A stretch of DNA of 64,000 bases from contig OZ242010.1 in assembly GCA_965204745.1 (NCBI GenBank), positions 3,040,001-3,104,000 of the forward strand, read 5' to 3'. Positions 1 to 8,216 of the stretch are shown piece by piece. A program made the translations under genes and the position numbers. The DNA comes from Candidatus Latescibacterota bacterium. GTDB taxonomy: Bacteria > Latescibacterota > UBA2968. A model generated the notes under the pieces. It did not search any database. It worked only from the letters and a program-made list of their open reading frames with translations, and had not been told where the DNA came from. Positions within the stretch are counted from its first letter, which is position 1, and every line of letters starts with the position of its first letter.

Positions 1-1400
1 ATCTCGCATGAGAGATCTCGGCGTTTGCGCCCGGCCGCGGCGATCACCACTTTGGAGCCTTCGTTGAACCCAGTGCCCGAATAGTCCAACGTGTCAATCG
101 TGGTGCGGGTCTGAAAATGCAGGTCGCGCCGCCAATCCACGCGCTCGAGGATGTGGACGAAATAATTTTTGATGTGATGGGTATCGAGATCGGGATTGTC
201 TTCATAAGCGCAAATAAAGAGGTATTTCGCCAAAGAACACGCGCCAAACCCGAGCAGGGCATTGCCCAGAGTGAGAATTTCCTGCGGTTGCCGCTCCCGA
301 TAGGGCACATAGCGTTCAGAACCAATGGCGATGAGCAAGGGATGCACGCCCGCGGCATCCACGGCATTGATCGACTTGAGTCCGGGAATCTCAACCGGCA
401 CCATCGGCCCGGTGATCTCGTGGATGAGCAGGCCAAACGCCGTGTCTTCCTGCGGTGGTCGTCCCACCACTGTGAAGGGATAAACCGCGTCTTTGCGATG
501 CCAAACACGGTCGACGTGCAGAACCGGAAACTCGTGCGTGAGGCTGTAATAACCCAAGTGGTCCCCAAACGGGCCTTCGGGCTTGGTCTCCCTGGGATGC
601 ACCGCGCCGGTGATGACAAAATCCGCGTCCGTGGAAATGACGTGGGCCTGCTTGCGCGCATACCGAAACCTGCGCCCGGCCAAGCCCCCGGCAAAAATGA
701 CCTCGGACAACCCCTCGGGCAAGGGCATCACCGCCGAGAACATGTGCGCGGGCGGGCCGCCGATAAAGACGCTCACGCGCAACGGCTCGCCGCGCTTGAG
801 GGCATTGGCGTGGTGAATGCCAATATCGCGGCGGATCTGGTAGTGGAGACCGACTTCCGCATTTTGTCTGTACTCATTGCCCGCGAGTTGGATGCGGTAC
901 ATGCCCAGGTTGCTGTTCATCATCCCCGGCTCGTCCGGGTCTTCGGTATAGACTTGGGGCAAGAGCACATAAGGGCCCCCATCGTCGGGCCAGCATTGAA
1001 TCTGCGGGAGTTGGTCAATGGTCGTCTCGTGGTTGAGCACCGCGCCCGACCGCACTTTTTTGGGCAAGGTGTGAAACGCGATCTTGGCAATGCCCATCCC
1101 TCGCCACGGCGCACGGAGAAACGCCACGGGATCGGCCTTGGCCTCGATGAGGCGTTGCACCCATTTCAGGGTTGCGCGAAAGAGAAAACGCGACCGCTCG
1201 AGCGTGCCAAAGAGATTGGACACCGCCGGGAACGGGCTGTTCTTCACATTGGCGTAGTAAATGGCCGGGCCATGGGCTTGAAAAACGCGCCGATGGATCT
1301 CGGCCATCTCCAAATGGGGATCCACTTCCCGTTCGATGCGGACGAGATACCCATTGCGCTCGAGGTCGTCAACGCACTGTTTAAGGGACTTGTATCTCAT
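1..1400 (-). CDS. UbiD-family decarboxylase (3' end runs off the window)
   Basis: Not in the ORF track because no stop is in the window. Reverse complement from CAT 1398-1400 reads MRYKSLKQCVDDLERNGYLVRIEREVDPHLEMAEIHRRVFQAHGPAIYYANVKNSPFPAVSNLFGT, a typical UbiD N-terminus. Confidence 0.85.
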   Translation of the reverse strand, partial: MRYKSLKQCVDDLERNGYLVRIEREVDPHLEMAEIHRRVFQAHGPAIYYANVKNSPFPAVSNLFGTLERSRFLFRATLKWVQRLIEAKADPVAFLRAPWRGMGIAKIAFHTLPKKVRSGAVLNHETTIDQLPQIQCWPDDGGPYVLLPQVYTEDPDEPGMMNSNLGMYRIQLAGNEYRQNAEVGLHYQIRRDIGIHHANALKRGEPLRVSVFIGGPPAHMFSAVMPLPEGLSEVIFAGGLAGRRFRYARKQAHVISTDADFVITGAVHPRETKPEGPFGDHLGYYSLTHEFPVLHVDRVWHRKDAVYPFTVVGRPPQEDTAFGLLIHEITGPMVPVEIPGLKSINAVDAAGVHPLLIAIGSERYVPYRERQPQEILTLGNALLGFGACSLAKYLFICAYEDNPDLDTHHIKNYFVHILERVDWRRDLHFQTRTTIDTLDYSGTGFNEGSKVVIAAAGRKRRDLSCE

Positions 1401-1438
1401 AGAAGCAACCCCAGGCATGTCCCGGCAGGTGTAAGCCG

Positions 1439-1474
1439 GGATGAACACGGATGAACACGGATGAACGCGGATGA
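1439..1474 (+). repeat. (GGATGAACAC)n 10-mer tandem repeat, about 3.5 copies
   Basis: ggatgaacac ggatgaacac ggatgaacgc ggatga in the divergent intergenic region. Confidence 0.9.
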
Positions 1475-1549
1475 GAAGTAGGTGAGGGCGTGGCCCGGTT
1501 AGCCACATGCAAGCACGACGTCAGCAATTCATTCACGGAGGAACACACC

Positions 1550-2539
1550 ATGACGTCATATCGCGCACTGGTCGTACGCGAGGCAAACGGGCAATACTCG
1601 CGGGCAGTGGAAGAACGACGGATCGAGGAATTGCCCGAAGGCGAGGTTTTGATTCGGGTGAGATATTCCTCGCTCAATTACAAAGACGCGCTCTCGGCAA
1701 CCGGGCATCGCGGCGTGACCCGCTCCTTTCCGCACATCCCGGGCATCGATGCGGTGGGCGAAGTGGTCGAAAGTGCGGTCGCTGATTTCGCGCCTGGGGA
1801 CAGGGTCTTGGTCACGGGCTACGATCTGGGCATGAACATCCCGGGCGGATTTGGACAATTCATCCGCGTACCCGCGCATTGGCTAGTCGCGCTTCCGGTA
1901 GGTATGACGATGAAAGAGAGCATGGGATATGGCACAGCCGGATTGACCGCGGCCCTGTGCGTCCATCACCTCATCGAAGCGGGCGCGACACCAGAGGGCG
2001 GCGACGTCGTGGTCACGGGCGCGACCGGCGGCGTGGGCAGTTTGTCCATAGCGATATTGGCAAGAGGTGGTTTTCGAGTCGTGGCGGCCACGGGCAAGGT
2101 CGCGGAGGCCGATTTTCTGAAACGCCTCGGCGCGTCTGCCATCATTGATCGGCGCGAATTGGACGCCCCGTCAGGACAGCCCATCTCGTCTGCACGCTGG
2201 GCCGCGGGCATAGATACCGTCGGCGGGAACATCTTGTCAACCCTCATCAAAACAACGCACTACCGCGGCGCGATAACATGTTGCGGTTTGGTCGCATCGC
2301 CGGAATTGAACACCACCGTCTTTCCATTTATTCTGCGCGGCATCAAACTGATCGGCATCGACTCGGTGTTGTGCCCCATGGACTTGCGGGTAAATCTGTG
2401 GCAGCGACTCGCAACGGATTGGAAAATCAACGCGCTGAACGATCTGACGACCGAGTGCGAATTACAAGACCTCGATGGGCAAATAGACCGCATCCTAGCC
2501 GGGCAAATGCGCGGGCGAGTTGTGGTCAATTTGGGGTGA
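1550..2539 (+). CDS. YhdH/AcuI-family NADPH quinone/acrylyl-CoA oxidoreductase (MDR family)
   Basis: YSSLNYKDAL, PHIPGIDAVG, GTAGLTAALC, VTGATGGVGS, PFILRGIKLIGIDSV; GGAGG before ATG 1550. Confidence 0.9.
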   Translation: MTSYRALVVREANGQYSRAVEERRIEELPEGEVLIRVRYSSLNYKDALSATGHRGVTRSFPHIPGIDAVGEVVESAVADFAPGDRVLVTGYDLGMNIPGGFGQFIRVPAHWLVALPVGMTMKESMGYGTAGLTAALCVHHLIEAGATPEGGDVVVTGATGGVGSLSIAILARGGFRVVAATGKVAEADFLKRLGASAIIDRRELDAPSGQPISSARWAAGIDTVGGNILSTLIKTTHYRGAITCCGLVASPELNTTVFPFILRGIKLIGIDSVLCPMDLRVNLWQRLATDWKINALNDLTTECELQDLDGQIDRILAGQMRGRVVVNLG

Positions 2540-2670
2540 GCGGTCAGTGGTCAGTTGCCACCCCGCCTAACCCCTTCGGTGAGATGGGAGAGGTGAGAGG
2601 TGAGGCAACCCCGACACCGCCCAAGCGGTCAGTGGTCAGTGGTCAGTGGTCAGTGGTCAGTGGTCAGTTG
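2540..2670 (+). repeat. Heptamer tracts (GGTCAGT)n and (GTGAGAG)n-like
   Basis: cggtcagtggtcagttg right after the stop codon; gtgagatgggagaggtgagaggtgagg; about 6 x ggtcagt at 2627-2670. Confidence 0.9.
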
Positions 2671-2821
2671 CCCCGCTCGTTCCGCTCTGCCGCCCGTGCG
2701 TCCCCGTCCCGACACCGCCCCGCCCTGTGCGTGCCCTACCCAGCCACCCAACCGCCCGTGCGTGCCTCACCTCGCCACCTCGCCACCCGTGCGTGCCCGT
2801 CCCGTCCCCTGCCCCGCTCGT
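2669..2821. repeat. 31 bp-period array of a CCYGTGCGTSCC core bounded by TGCCCCGCTCGT direct repeats
   Basis: GTGCGT cores start at 2696, 2727, 2758 and 2789; tgccccgctcgt at 2669 and 2810. Confidence 0.8.
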
Positions 2822-2836
2822 GGCTAAACTCTCATC

Positions 2837-3886
2837 TCACCTCAACCACTCGTCTAAATGCCGCGCCACAAACGCATCGTCATTCAAATGCGGATAAGCC
2901 GCATGCACGCGGTCGATCTCCTCGGCTTGCCCGCGCGACAGGCCCTCATTGGGATTCAGGCACCAGATCCCCTCGAGAAGCCCCTGCCTTCGCAACACCT
3001 CGTGAACGCCCGCAATACATCCCGCAAAGGCATTGGGCGCGTCAAAAAACGCCGCATTGCAATCCGTCACCTCAACCGCTCGCGTGAGCATTTCCCGGGG
3101 CACATTTCCGGATAGGGCAATTTTCTGGCAGGCGCGCAACATCTCCACCGCCTTCTTTGTCCACGCGGCCCAATGCCCCAAAAGCCCGCCCACGATCCGC
3201 ACCTCTACAACCGCGCCTTCATGCACAAGCCGATGAGTCGTCAACAGATCCATCACGATATTGTCGTCATTGCCCGTGTACAGCGCGATGTGTTCTGCGC
3301 GTCCCGACGCCACGACCCCGCGAATCACCTCCAGCGTTTGATACCGGTTAAACGGCGCGATCTTAATGCCCACCACCGCCTCAATCTCGGCAAAACGCCG
3401 CCAAAACGCAAACGGCAAAACGCACCCGCCCACGGCCGGTTGCAGATAAAAACCCATTATCGGCATCACCTCGGCAATCGCTTTACAGTGCGCGATCATC
3501 GCATCGACAGACGCGCCGGCAAAAGCGCGCAAACTCACCAATCCGATCTGATACCCGCAATCGCACGCGGTCTCCGCCTCTGACACGGCCTGCCGCGTAT
3601 GGCCCACGATGCCCGCCACCCGAATAAAATCAGCCGATGCTTCGGCATCCATCACATTCGCGGTCAGTTCCAAAACAGGGCGGTACAAATCCCACTGGGG
3701 ATCGCGGATCTCAAACTGCGTGGTATGCACGCCCACGGCCAACCCACCCGCGCCCGCAGCGATATAATAGCGCGACAGCGCTCGTTGCCGCCGCTCGTCC
3801 AATTTTCGCTCCGCGGTCAATGCCAGCGGATGCGCGGGGATCACCTGCCCTTTTTTAAGTGCCCTTGCCACATCTCTCGATGCCAT
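2837..3886 (-). CDS. Dihydrodipicolinate synthase/class I aldolase-family protein
   Basis: VIPAHPLAL, GLAVGVHTTQFEIR, FYLQPAVGG, GIKIAPFNRY (Schiff-base Lys), LYTGNDD. Confidence 0.85.
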   Translation of the reverse strand: MASRDVARALKKGQVIPAHPLALTAERKLDERRQRALSRYYIAAGAGGLAVGVHTTQFEIRDPQWDLYRPVLELTANVMDAEASADFIRVAGIVGHTRQAVSEAETACDCGYQIGLVSLRAFAGASVDAMIAHCKAIAEVMPIMGFYLQPAVGGCVLPFAFWRRFAEIEAVVGIKIAPFNRYQTLEVIRGVVASGRAEHIALYTGNDDNIVMDLLTTHRLVHEGAVVEVRIVGGLLGHWAAWTKKAVEMLRACQKIALSGNVPREMLTRAVEVTDCNAAFFDAPNAFAGCIAGVHEVLRRQGLLEGIWCLNPNEGLSRGQAEEIDRVHAAYPHLNDDAFVARHLDEWLR

Positions 3887-3908
3887 CTGCCTCTCCTCCA
3901 AACTCTCG

Positions 3909-4514
3909 CTACCGGTTCGACATCCTCGCCACCTCGGCGCGATAATCCGCCGGCGTATCCAAATCCCTCAAAATCCCCTCGTCATCGACCGGCACCTCCA
4001 GCGTATCCTCTGGGTACCCGCGCACGACCGGCTTGAGGCCCTGATCCCCTGAAAGGCTCAGAATCTCGCGCTGATAACGCGACAAATTTATCAGCACCGG
4101 GTGCCCGCGCTTTCCCCCGGACACGGGAATCACAATGCCCTTATCGCCTTCCCGGTACGCCCTCAGCACGGCCCGAACCGCGTTCAGTGCGATCTGCGGC
4201 TGGTCACCAAGTGCAATCAGCGCGGCATCTGCATTGGCAGGCAAACCGCGCAACCCGCAAAGCACGCTGGAAAACATCCCCTCGGGGTACGCCTCATTCA
4301 CGCAAAATCGCACGGGCCTCTCGCGCAGACTCTCGCGCACGGCCTCTGCATCGTGCCCCAAAACCACCGCAACGCCAGCGAGCCTTGCCCCCAACAGCGT
4401 ATCGACCACGGCTTGCAACACCGTCTTATCGCCAAAGGGCAACAACTGTTTGGTCGCCCCCATGCGGCGCGCCATACCCGCTGCCAGCACCAACCCGTAA
4501 ATTTGATCGCCCAT
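3909..4514 (-). CDS. Nucleotidyltransferase, MocA (Moco cytidylyltransferase)-like
   Basis: LVLAAGMARRMGATKQLL, GMFSSV, LGDQP, GHPV, DLDTPADY. Confidence 0.85.
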   Translation of the reverse strand: MGDQIYGLVLAAGMARRMGATKQLLPFGDKTVLQAVVDTLLGARLAGVAVVLGHDAEAVRESLRERPVRFCVNEAYPEGMFSSVLCGLRGLPANADAALIALGDQPQIALNAVRAVLRAYREGDKGIVIPVSGGKRGHPVLINLSRYQREILSLSGDQGLKPVVRGYPEDTLEVPVDDEGILRDLDTPADYRAEVARMSNR

Positions 4515-4564
4515 GGTTCGTATCTTTTCCAAAACGCGAGAAAACAACAATTTATTAAAATACC

Positions 4565-4592
4565 TTGACTTTTTTTGCACAGGCATTAAATT
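4565..4592 (+). promoter_or_regulatory. Candidate sigma70 promoter
   Basis: TTGACT-N16-TAAATT in an AT-rich divergent spacer. Confidence 0.4.
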
Positions 4593-4660
4593 TTCGGGGG
4601 TCACGAGCAAACGGGATGTGGGCATCTCGCCCACGCCGTACAGACGCGGAGGTGACGACA

Positions 4661-4897
4661 GTGATTTGCGAACAGTGTGGCAAAGTTCCCGCAACCAAGG
4701 CACAAACGCATATCGAAAACAGCATCAAGCGCGTGCGCTATCGCTGTGATACCTGTGCGGCCCTCTCCTCTGCCCCCAAATTAGACCGTCCGTGCGCGCA
4801 GTGCAAACAGCGCGAAGGCGAGATCAAACTCATCCGCCTGCGGCCGCATGGTCGCGTGGTGACGTATCTATGTCCAGCGTGTGCTGGCGTCTCGTGA
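4661..4897 (+). CDS. Small protein with four CxxC motifs (two McsA-N-terminus-like Zn fingers)
   Basis: GGAGGT RBS then GTG; ICEQCGKVPAT..YRCDTCA and PCAQCKQRE..YLCPACA. Confidence 0.7.
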   Translation: MICEQCGKVPATKAQTHIENSIKRVRYRCDTCAALSSAPKLDRPCAQCKQREGEIKLIRLRPHGRVVTYLCPACAGVS

Positions 4898-4941
4898 ACG
4901 CTCCTGCCACTCCTCACCGCAAGTCTCATTCCCCTAACTCT

Positions 4942-7900
4942 ATGAACTCCAACAATTTTATCGACCCGCCCGTTGCTGATCGGCCCGTGCCATTTTGGAT
5001 CTGGAACGGCACTATCGAAGAAAACGAAATCGTTCGCCAAATCCGCGAAATGGCCGACAAGGGGCTTGGCGGTTTTTGTCTGACAACCGGCCCCGGCCTG
5101 CGAACCCCCTACTTGTCCCAAATGTGGTTTGACCGCGTGCAACTGGCGATTGAAACCGCAAAAGAATGCGGCCTCCACGTCTGGATCCACGACGAATATC
5201 GCCATCCCGGCGGCATGGGGGCAACGCAAGTCACCTTGAACCATCCCCAATTCATCGCACGCCAACTCACCTTCCGCGAAACCACTGTGCAAGGCGGGCA
5301 ACTCGTCGATCTCGTCTTGCCTTGGGCGCCCGTGTTGCAAGCCCTTGCCGTTCCCGTGCGCCGAGACCGCTACCTGTGGCTGGAAAAACAAGACCTCAGC
5401 GCGTACTTGGGCGTCAATCACCAAGGCCACGCCTTGCGCGACAACGATTCCGTGCCCGCCTATCATCCCCATACCTACATATCTTTTCACCCCACCCGCC
5501 GCCTGTATTGGAAAGCCCCGACCGGGCGCTGGCGCGTGATCGTCTTTTTGCAAGAACCATCGGCAACCCCGGCGCATCCGGGCTTACACCTCGACCGGTT
5601 CAACCCAGAGTCCGTCCGAGCCATGCATCAGGCCATTCAACAACCCTATCTCGACCGATTTTCCGATCATCAAAGCAAAACCCTACAAGGCATCCTAACC
5701 TCGGAAACGCGCTTTTCCCACGACCGCCTACCGTGGTCGTCCATCTTGCCCTCCTACTTCAAATCGCGCAATGGGTACGATCTCCTCGCGTGCTTGCCCG
5801 CCCTCATCACCTATTTTGGCCTCAACACGAGCCGCATTCGCTACGATTATTTTCAAACCCTGAGCGAATTGCAACACCGGCACAACAACGCGCGCTGTGC
5901 GGACTGGTGCAAAGAACACGCCCTCCAGTACGCGAGCAATACGACCCCACTCCGCAATGCCCACCGCAGTTCAATCCCCATACCGGGCACGAGCAGCGGG
6001 CACGAGAAAATCGACAGTGACCGCGCCATCTCCTATCGCCACAGCGCGGGATTTGCCACCGCACTAAGCGCGCAAACCACTGTGGGACGCACCCTCGACA
6101 CCGGTTTTCAAAACGCGGGCTGGGGCCTCACCCTGCGAGATATGAAAGTACAACTCGATGCCCTCGGCGTGCAGGGAACCAATTTCTTCGTCCCCCACGC
6201 CTTTTGCTACACCCTCGACGGCTTGCGAAAACACGCCACCCCGCCATCCCTATTCCATCAAAATCCCTACTGGAAACACTTCCGCCTCTTGTCTGACTAC
6301 GCGGCCCGGCTCGCCCATCTCTTGAGCCAAGGCCAGCAAGTCGCCGACATCGCGCTCCTCGACCCGGTCACCAGCCTGTGGACGCATCTCGCGCATCCCT
6401 ATCACAACTGGTCCTATGTCGGCTACGACCCGGATGAAGAAACCCTGGCCCAAAACCTCGTTGCGGACTGGGCCTGCATCACCCGCGCCCTGCATCACAT
6501 GCAACGCCCATTTCACAGCCTCGACCCGGCCTTCCTCGCCCGAGCAAACATCGTCGACCGCCAACTGCAAGTCGGCAAAGCGCGCTACGCGGTTCTGGTC
6601 ATTCCCCCCATCACCAATTTGGAACGCGCAGCTTTTGAGAAACTACGCACATTTATCCAAACGGGCGGGCTCGTCATCGCGCTGGGGTTATTGCCCGTCG
6701 AGGATATTCAAGAGGGGGCATCGGTGGTGGAGGGATTTTCCCGGTTGACCGACATGGAACCGAACCGCATGATCCGCGATTATACCGGGCACGAATCCGG
6801 CGTCCACCTCTTGCGCCGCGACAACTTCCAATTTATCCGCACGGGGGGCACCATCGTAGAAAATGAGGCGACCACCATGCTCGAACGCCTGCTCGACGAA
6901 ATCCTACCGCGTCGCGTCCACCTCTTATCGGACGGAAAAAACGCAGACCCCATCCAATATCACCACCGCGCCGATGAAAAGCACCAGCTCTTCTTTTTCG
7001 TCAACACGGAAAACGCGCCCATCACAACGCAACTCAACATCCCCGCCTCGGGGCAAATCGAGCGATGGGACTTGGAAACCGGCGACCGCGCGCCCCTCGC
7101 AGCCGAATCCACCGGGGAAATGAGCCGTTTCAGCCTGCACTTTGATCGCCTGCAATCGCACATGATCGTCACCGATCAACCGCAACGAGAAGCACGGCCC
7201 CAAGCTCCTGCGCCAGAACTGTTCAAACTCGACTTACGCGGTCAGTGGAAAATCGATTTAGAAGAAGACAACGCCCTGCGCTTGGACAAATTCAAAATTC
7301 GTCCCGATCCCGAAAACAAGGGCATAGATCGCGGCTGGCATCAACCGACCTACTCCGACAGCTGGTGGGCTAAAACGCGCCCCCGACCTTTTGAGAATCC
7401 CGCGGAAAAAACCGCGTATTGGTACCGAACCAACTTTATCGCCGACATCATCCCCAGCAAATTGTCTTTGGTCATGGACCGCAGCGCGATTCAGGGCACC
7501 TATCAGATTTACCTCAACGGATTCCAACTGCCGGACAATGCGTTCCGCCCCACCTTCCGCTACGATCACGCCAACGCGACCTGCACTCTCGTTCAGCGCA
7601 TCGCCAAAGGCAAAAATGTGATCGCCATTCGCTTGGAGGCCGCCCGCCCGGGCGATGGCCTCGTCGATGCCCTGTACCTCTTCGGGCGTTTTCAAGTCAA
7701 ATCCTGGCGCGGGGTCTATCGCAGGCTCGCCCTCCCACGAGAAACCGGCCCCCTCTTCGACTTCAACGCCTCAGGGCTTCCCTTCTTCGCCGGCACTGTG
7801 GCATACAGCCAAGACATCGTGCTATCAACCCTGCCCCAAACCGAGCATTTTGAAATCGACCTCGACCACATGATGGAAAAACGGGCCGATGCTGTGGAAA

Positions 7901-8085
7901 TCAAAATCAACGGCCAATCTCTGGGCGTGCGCGCCTGGCCGCCCTATCGCTGGACTGCCGACACCGCATGCCTCAAACAAGGCAAAAATCGCGTCGTCAT
8001 CCGCGTCACCAACACACTCGAAAAATTGCTCACAGGCATGGCATTTCAGCCGCGAACACGCAAAATGGTTCCGGTCGAAATCTGA
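4942..8085 (+). CDS. Large glycoside hydrolase, GH106/alpha-L-rhamnosidase-like, with C-terminal beta-sandwich domains
   Basis: RPVPFWIWNG..QIREMADKGLGGF..PYLS..WIHDE; HAFCYTLDGLRKH..PPS..QNPYW; LGVRAWPPY..IRVTNT. An alternative GTG start at 4894 overlaps the upstream stop. Confidence 0.75.
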   Translation: MNSNNFIDPPVADRPVPFWIWNGTIEENEIVRQIREMADKGLGGFCLTTGPGLRTPYLSQMWFDRVQLAIETAKECGLHVWIHDEYRHPGGMGATQVTLNHPQFIARQLTFRETTVQGGQLVDLVLPWAPVLQALAVPVRRDRYLWLEKQDLSAYLGVNHQGHALRDNDSVPAYHPHTYISFHPTRRLYWKAPTGRWRVIVFLQEPSATPAHPGLHLDRFNPESVRAMHQAIQQPYLDRFSDHQSKTLQGILTSETRFSHDRLPWSSILPSYFKSRNGYDLLACLPALITYFGLNTSRIRYDYFQTLSELQHRHNNARCADWCKEHALQYASNTTPLRNAHRSSIPIPGTSSGHEKIDSDRAISYRHSAGFATALSAQTTVGRTLDTGFQNAGWGLTLRDMKVQLDALGVQGTNFFVPHAFCYTLDGLRKHATPPSLFHQNPYWKHFRLLSDYAARLAHLLSQGQQVADIALLDPVTSLWTHLAHPYHNWSYVGYDPDEETLAQNLVADWACITRALHHMQRPFHSLDPAFLARANIVDRQLQVGKARYAVLVIPPITNLERAAFEKLRTFIQTGGLVIALGLLPVEDIQEGASVVEGFSRLTDMEPNRMIRDYTGHESGVHLLRRDNFQFIRTGGTIVENEATTMLERLLDEILPRRVHLLSDGKNADPIQYHHRADEKHQLFFFVNTENAPITTQLNIPASGQIERWDLETGDRAPLAAESTGEMSRFSLHFDRLQSHMIVTDQPQREARPQAPAPELFKLDLRGQWKIDLEEDNALRLDKFKIRPDPENKGIDRGWHQPTYSDSWWAKTRPRPFENPAEKTAYWYRTNFIADIIPSKLSLVMDRSAIQGTYQIYLNGFQLPDNAFRPTFRYDHANATCTLVQRIAKGKNVIAIRLEAARPGDGLVDALYLFGRFQVKSWRGVYRRLALPRETGPLFDFNASGLPFFAGTVAYSQDIVLSTLPQTEHFEIDLDHMMEKRADAVEIKINGQSLGVRAWPPYRWTADTACLKQGKNRVVIRVTNTLEKLLTGMAFQPRTRKMVPVEI

Positions 8086-8091
8086 AAAACG

Positions 8092-8216
8092 GTGAGAGGT
8101 GAGAGGCAAGACGGGAGAAGACCTACACTCACTGATCGCCTCTTACGTCTTGCCTCTTACGTCTTACGCCTTTCATCTTACGCCTTTCATCTTACGCCTT
8201 TCATCTTGCTTCTCAC
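8092..8216. repeat. Two opposed heptamer tracts between convergent genes
   Basis: + strand gtgagaggtgagaggcaagacgggagaagacc; - strand (gatgaaaggcgtaa)x3 plus gacgtaa/gaggcaa units. Confidence 0.9.

Noticed and set aside
117-1454. 445 aa plus-strand ORF
   Set aside because: Antisense shadow of the UbiD-family gene on the minus strand
2669-2821. CRISPR array
   Set aside because: Core of ~12 bp and spacers of ~19 bp are too short and low in complexity; no cas genes
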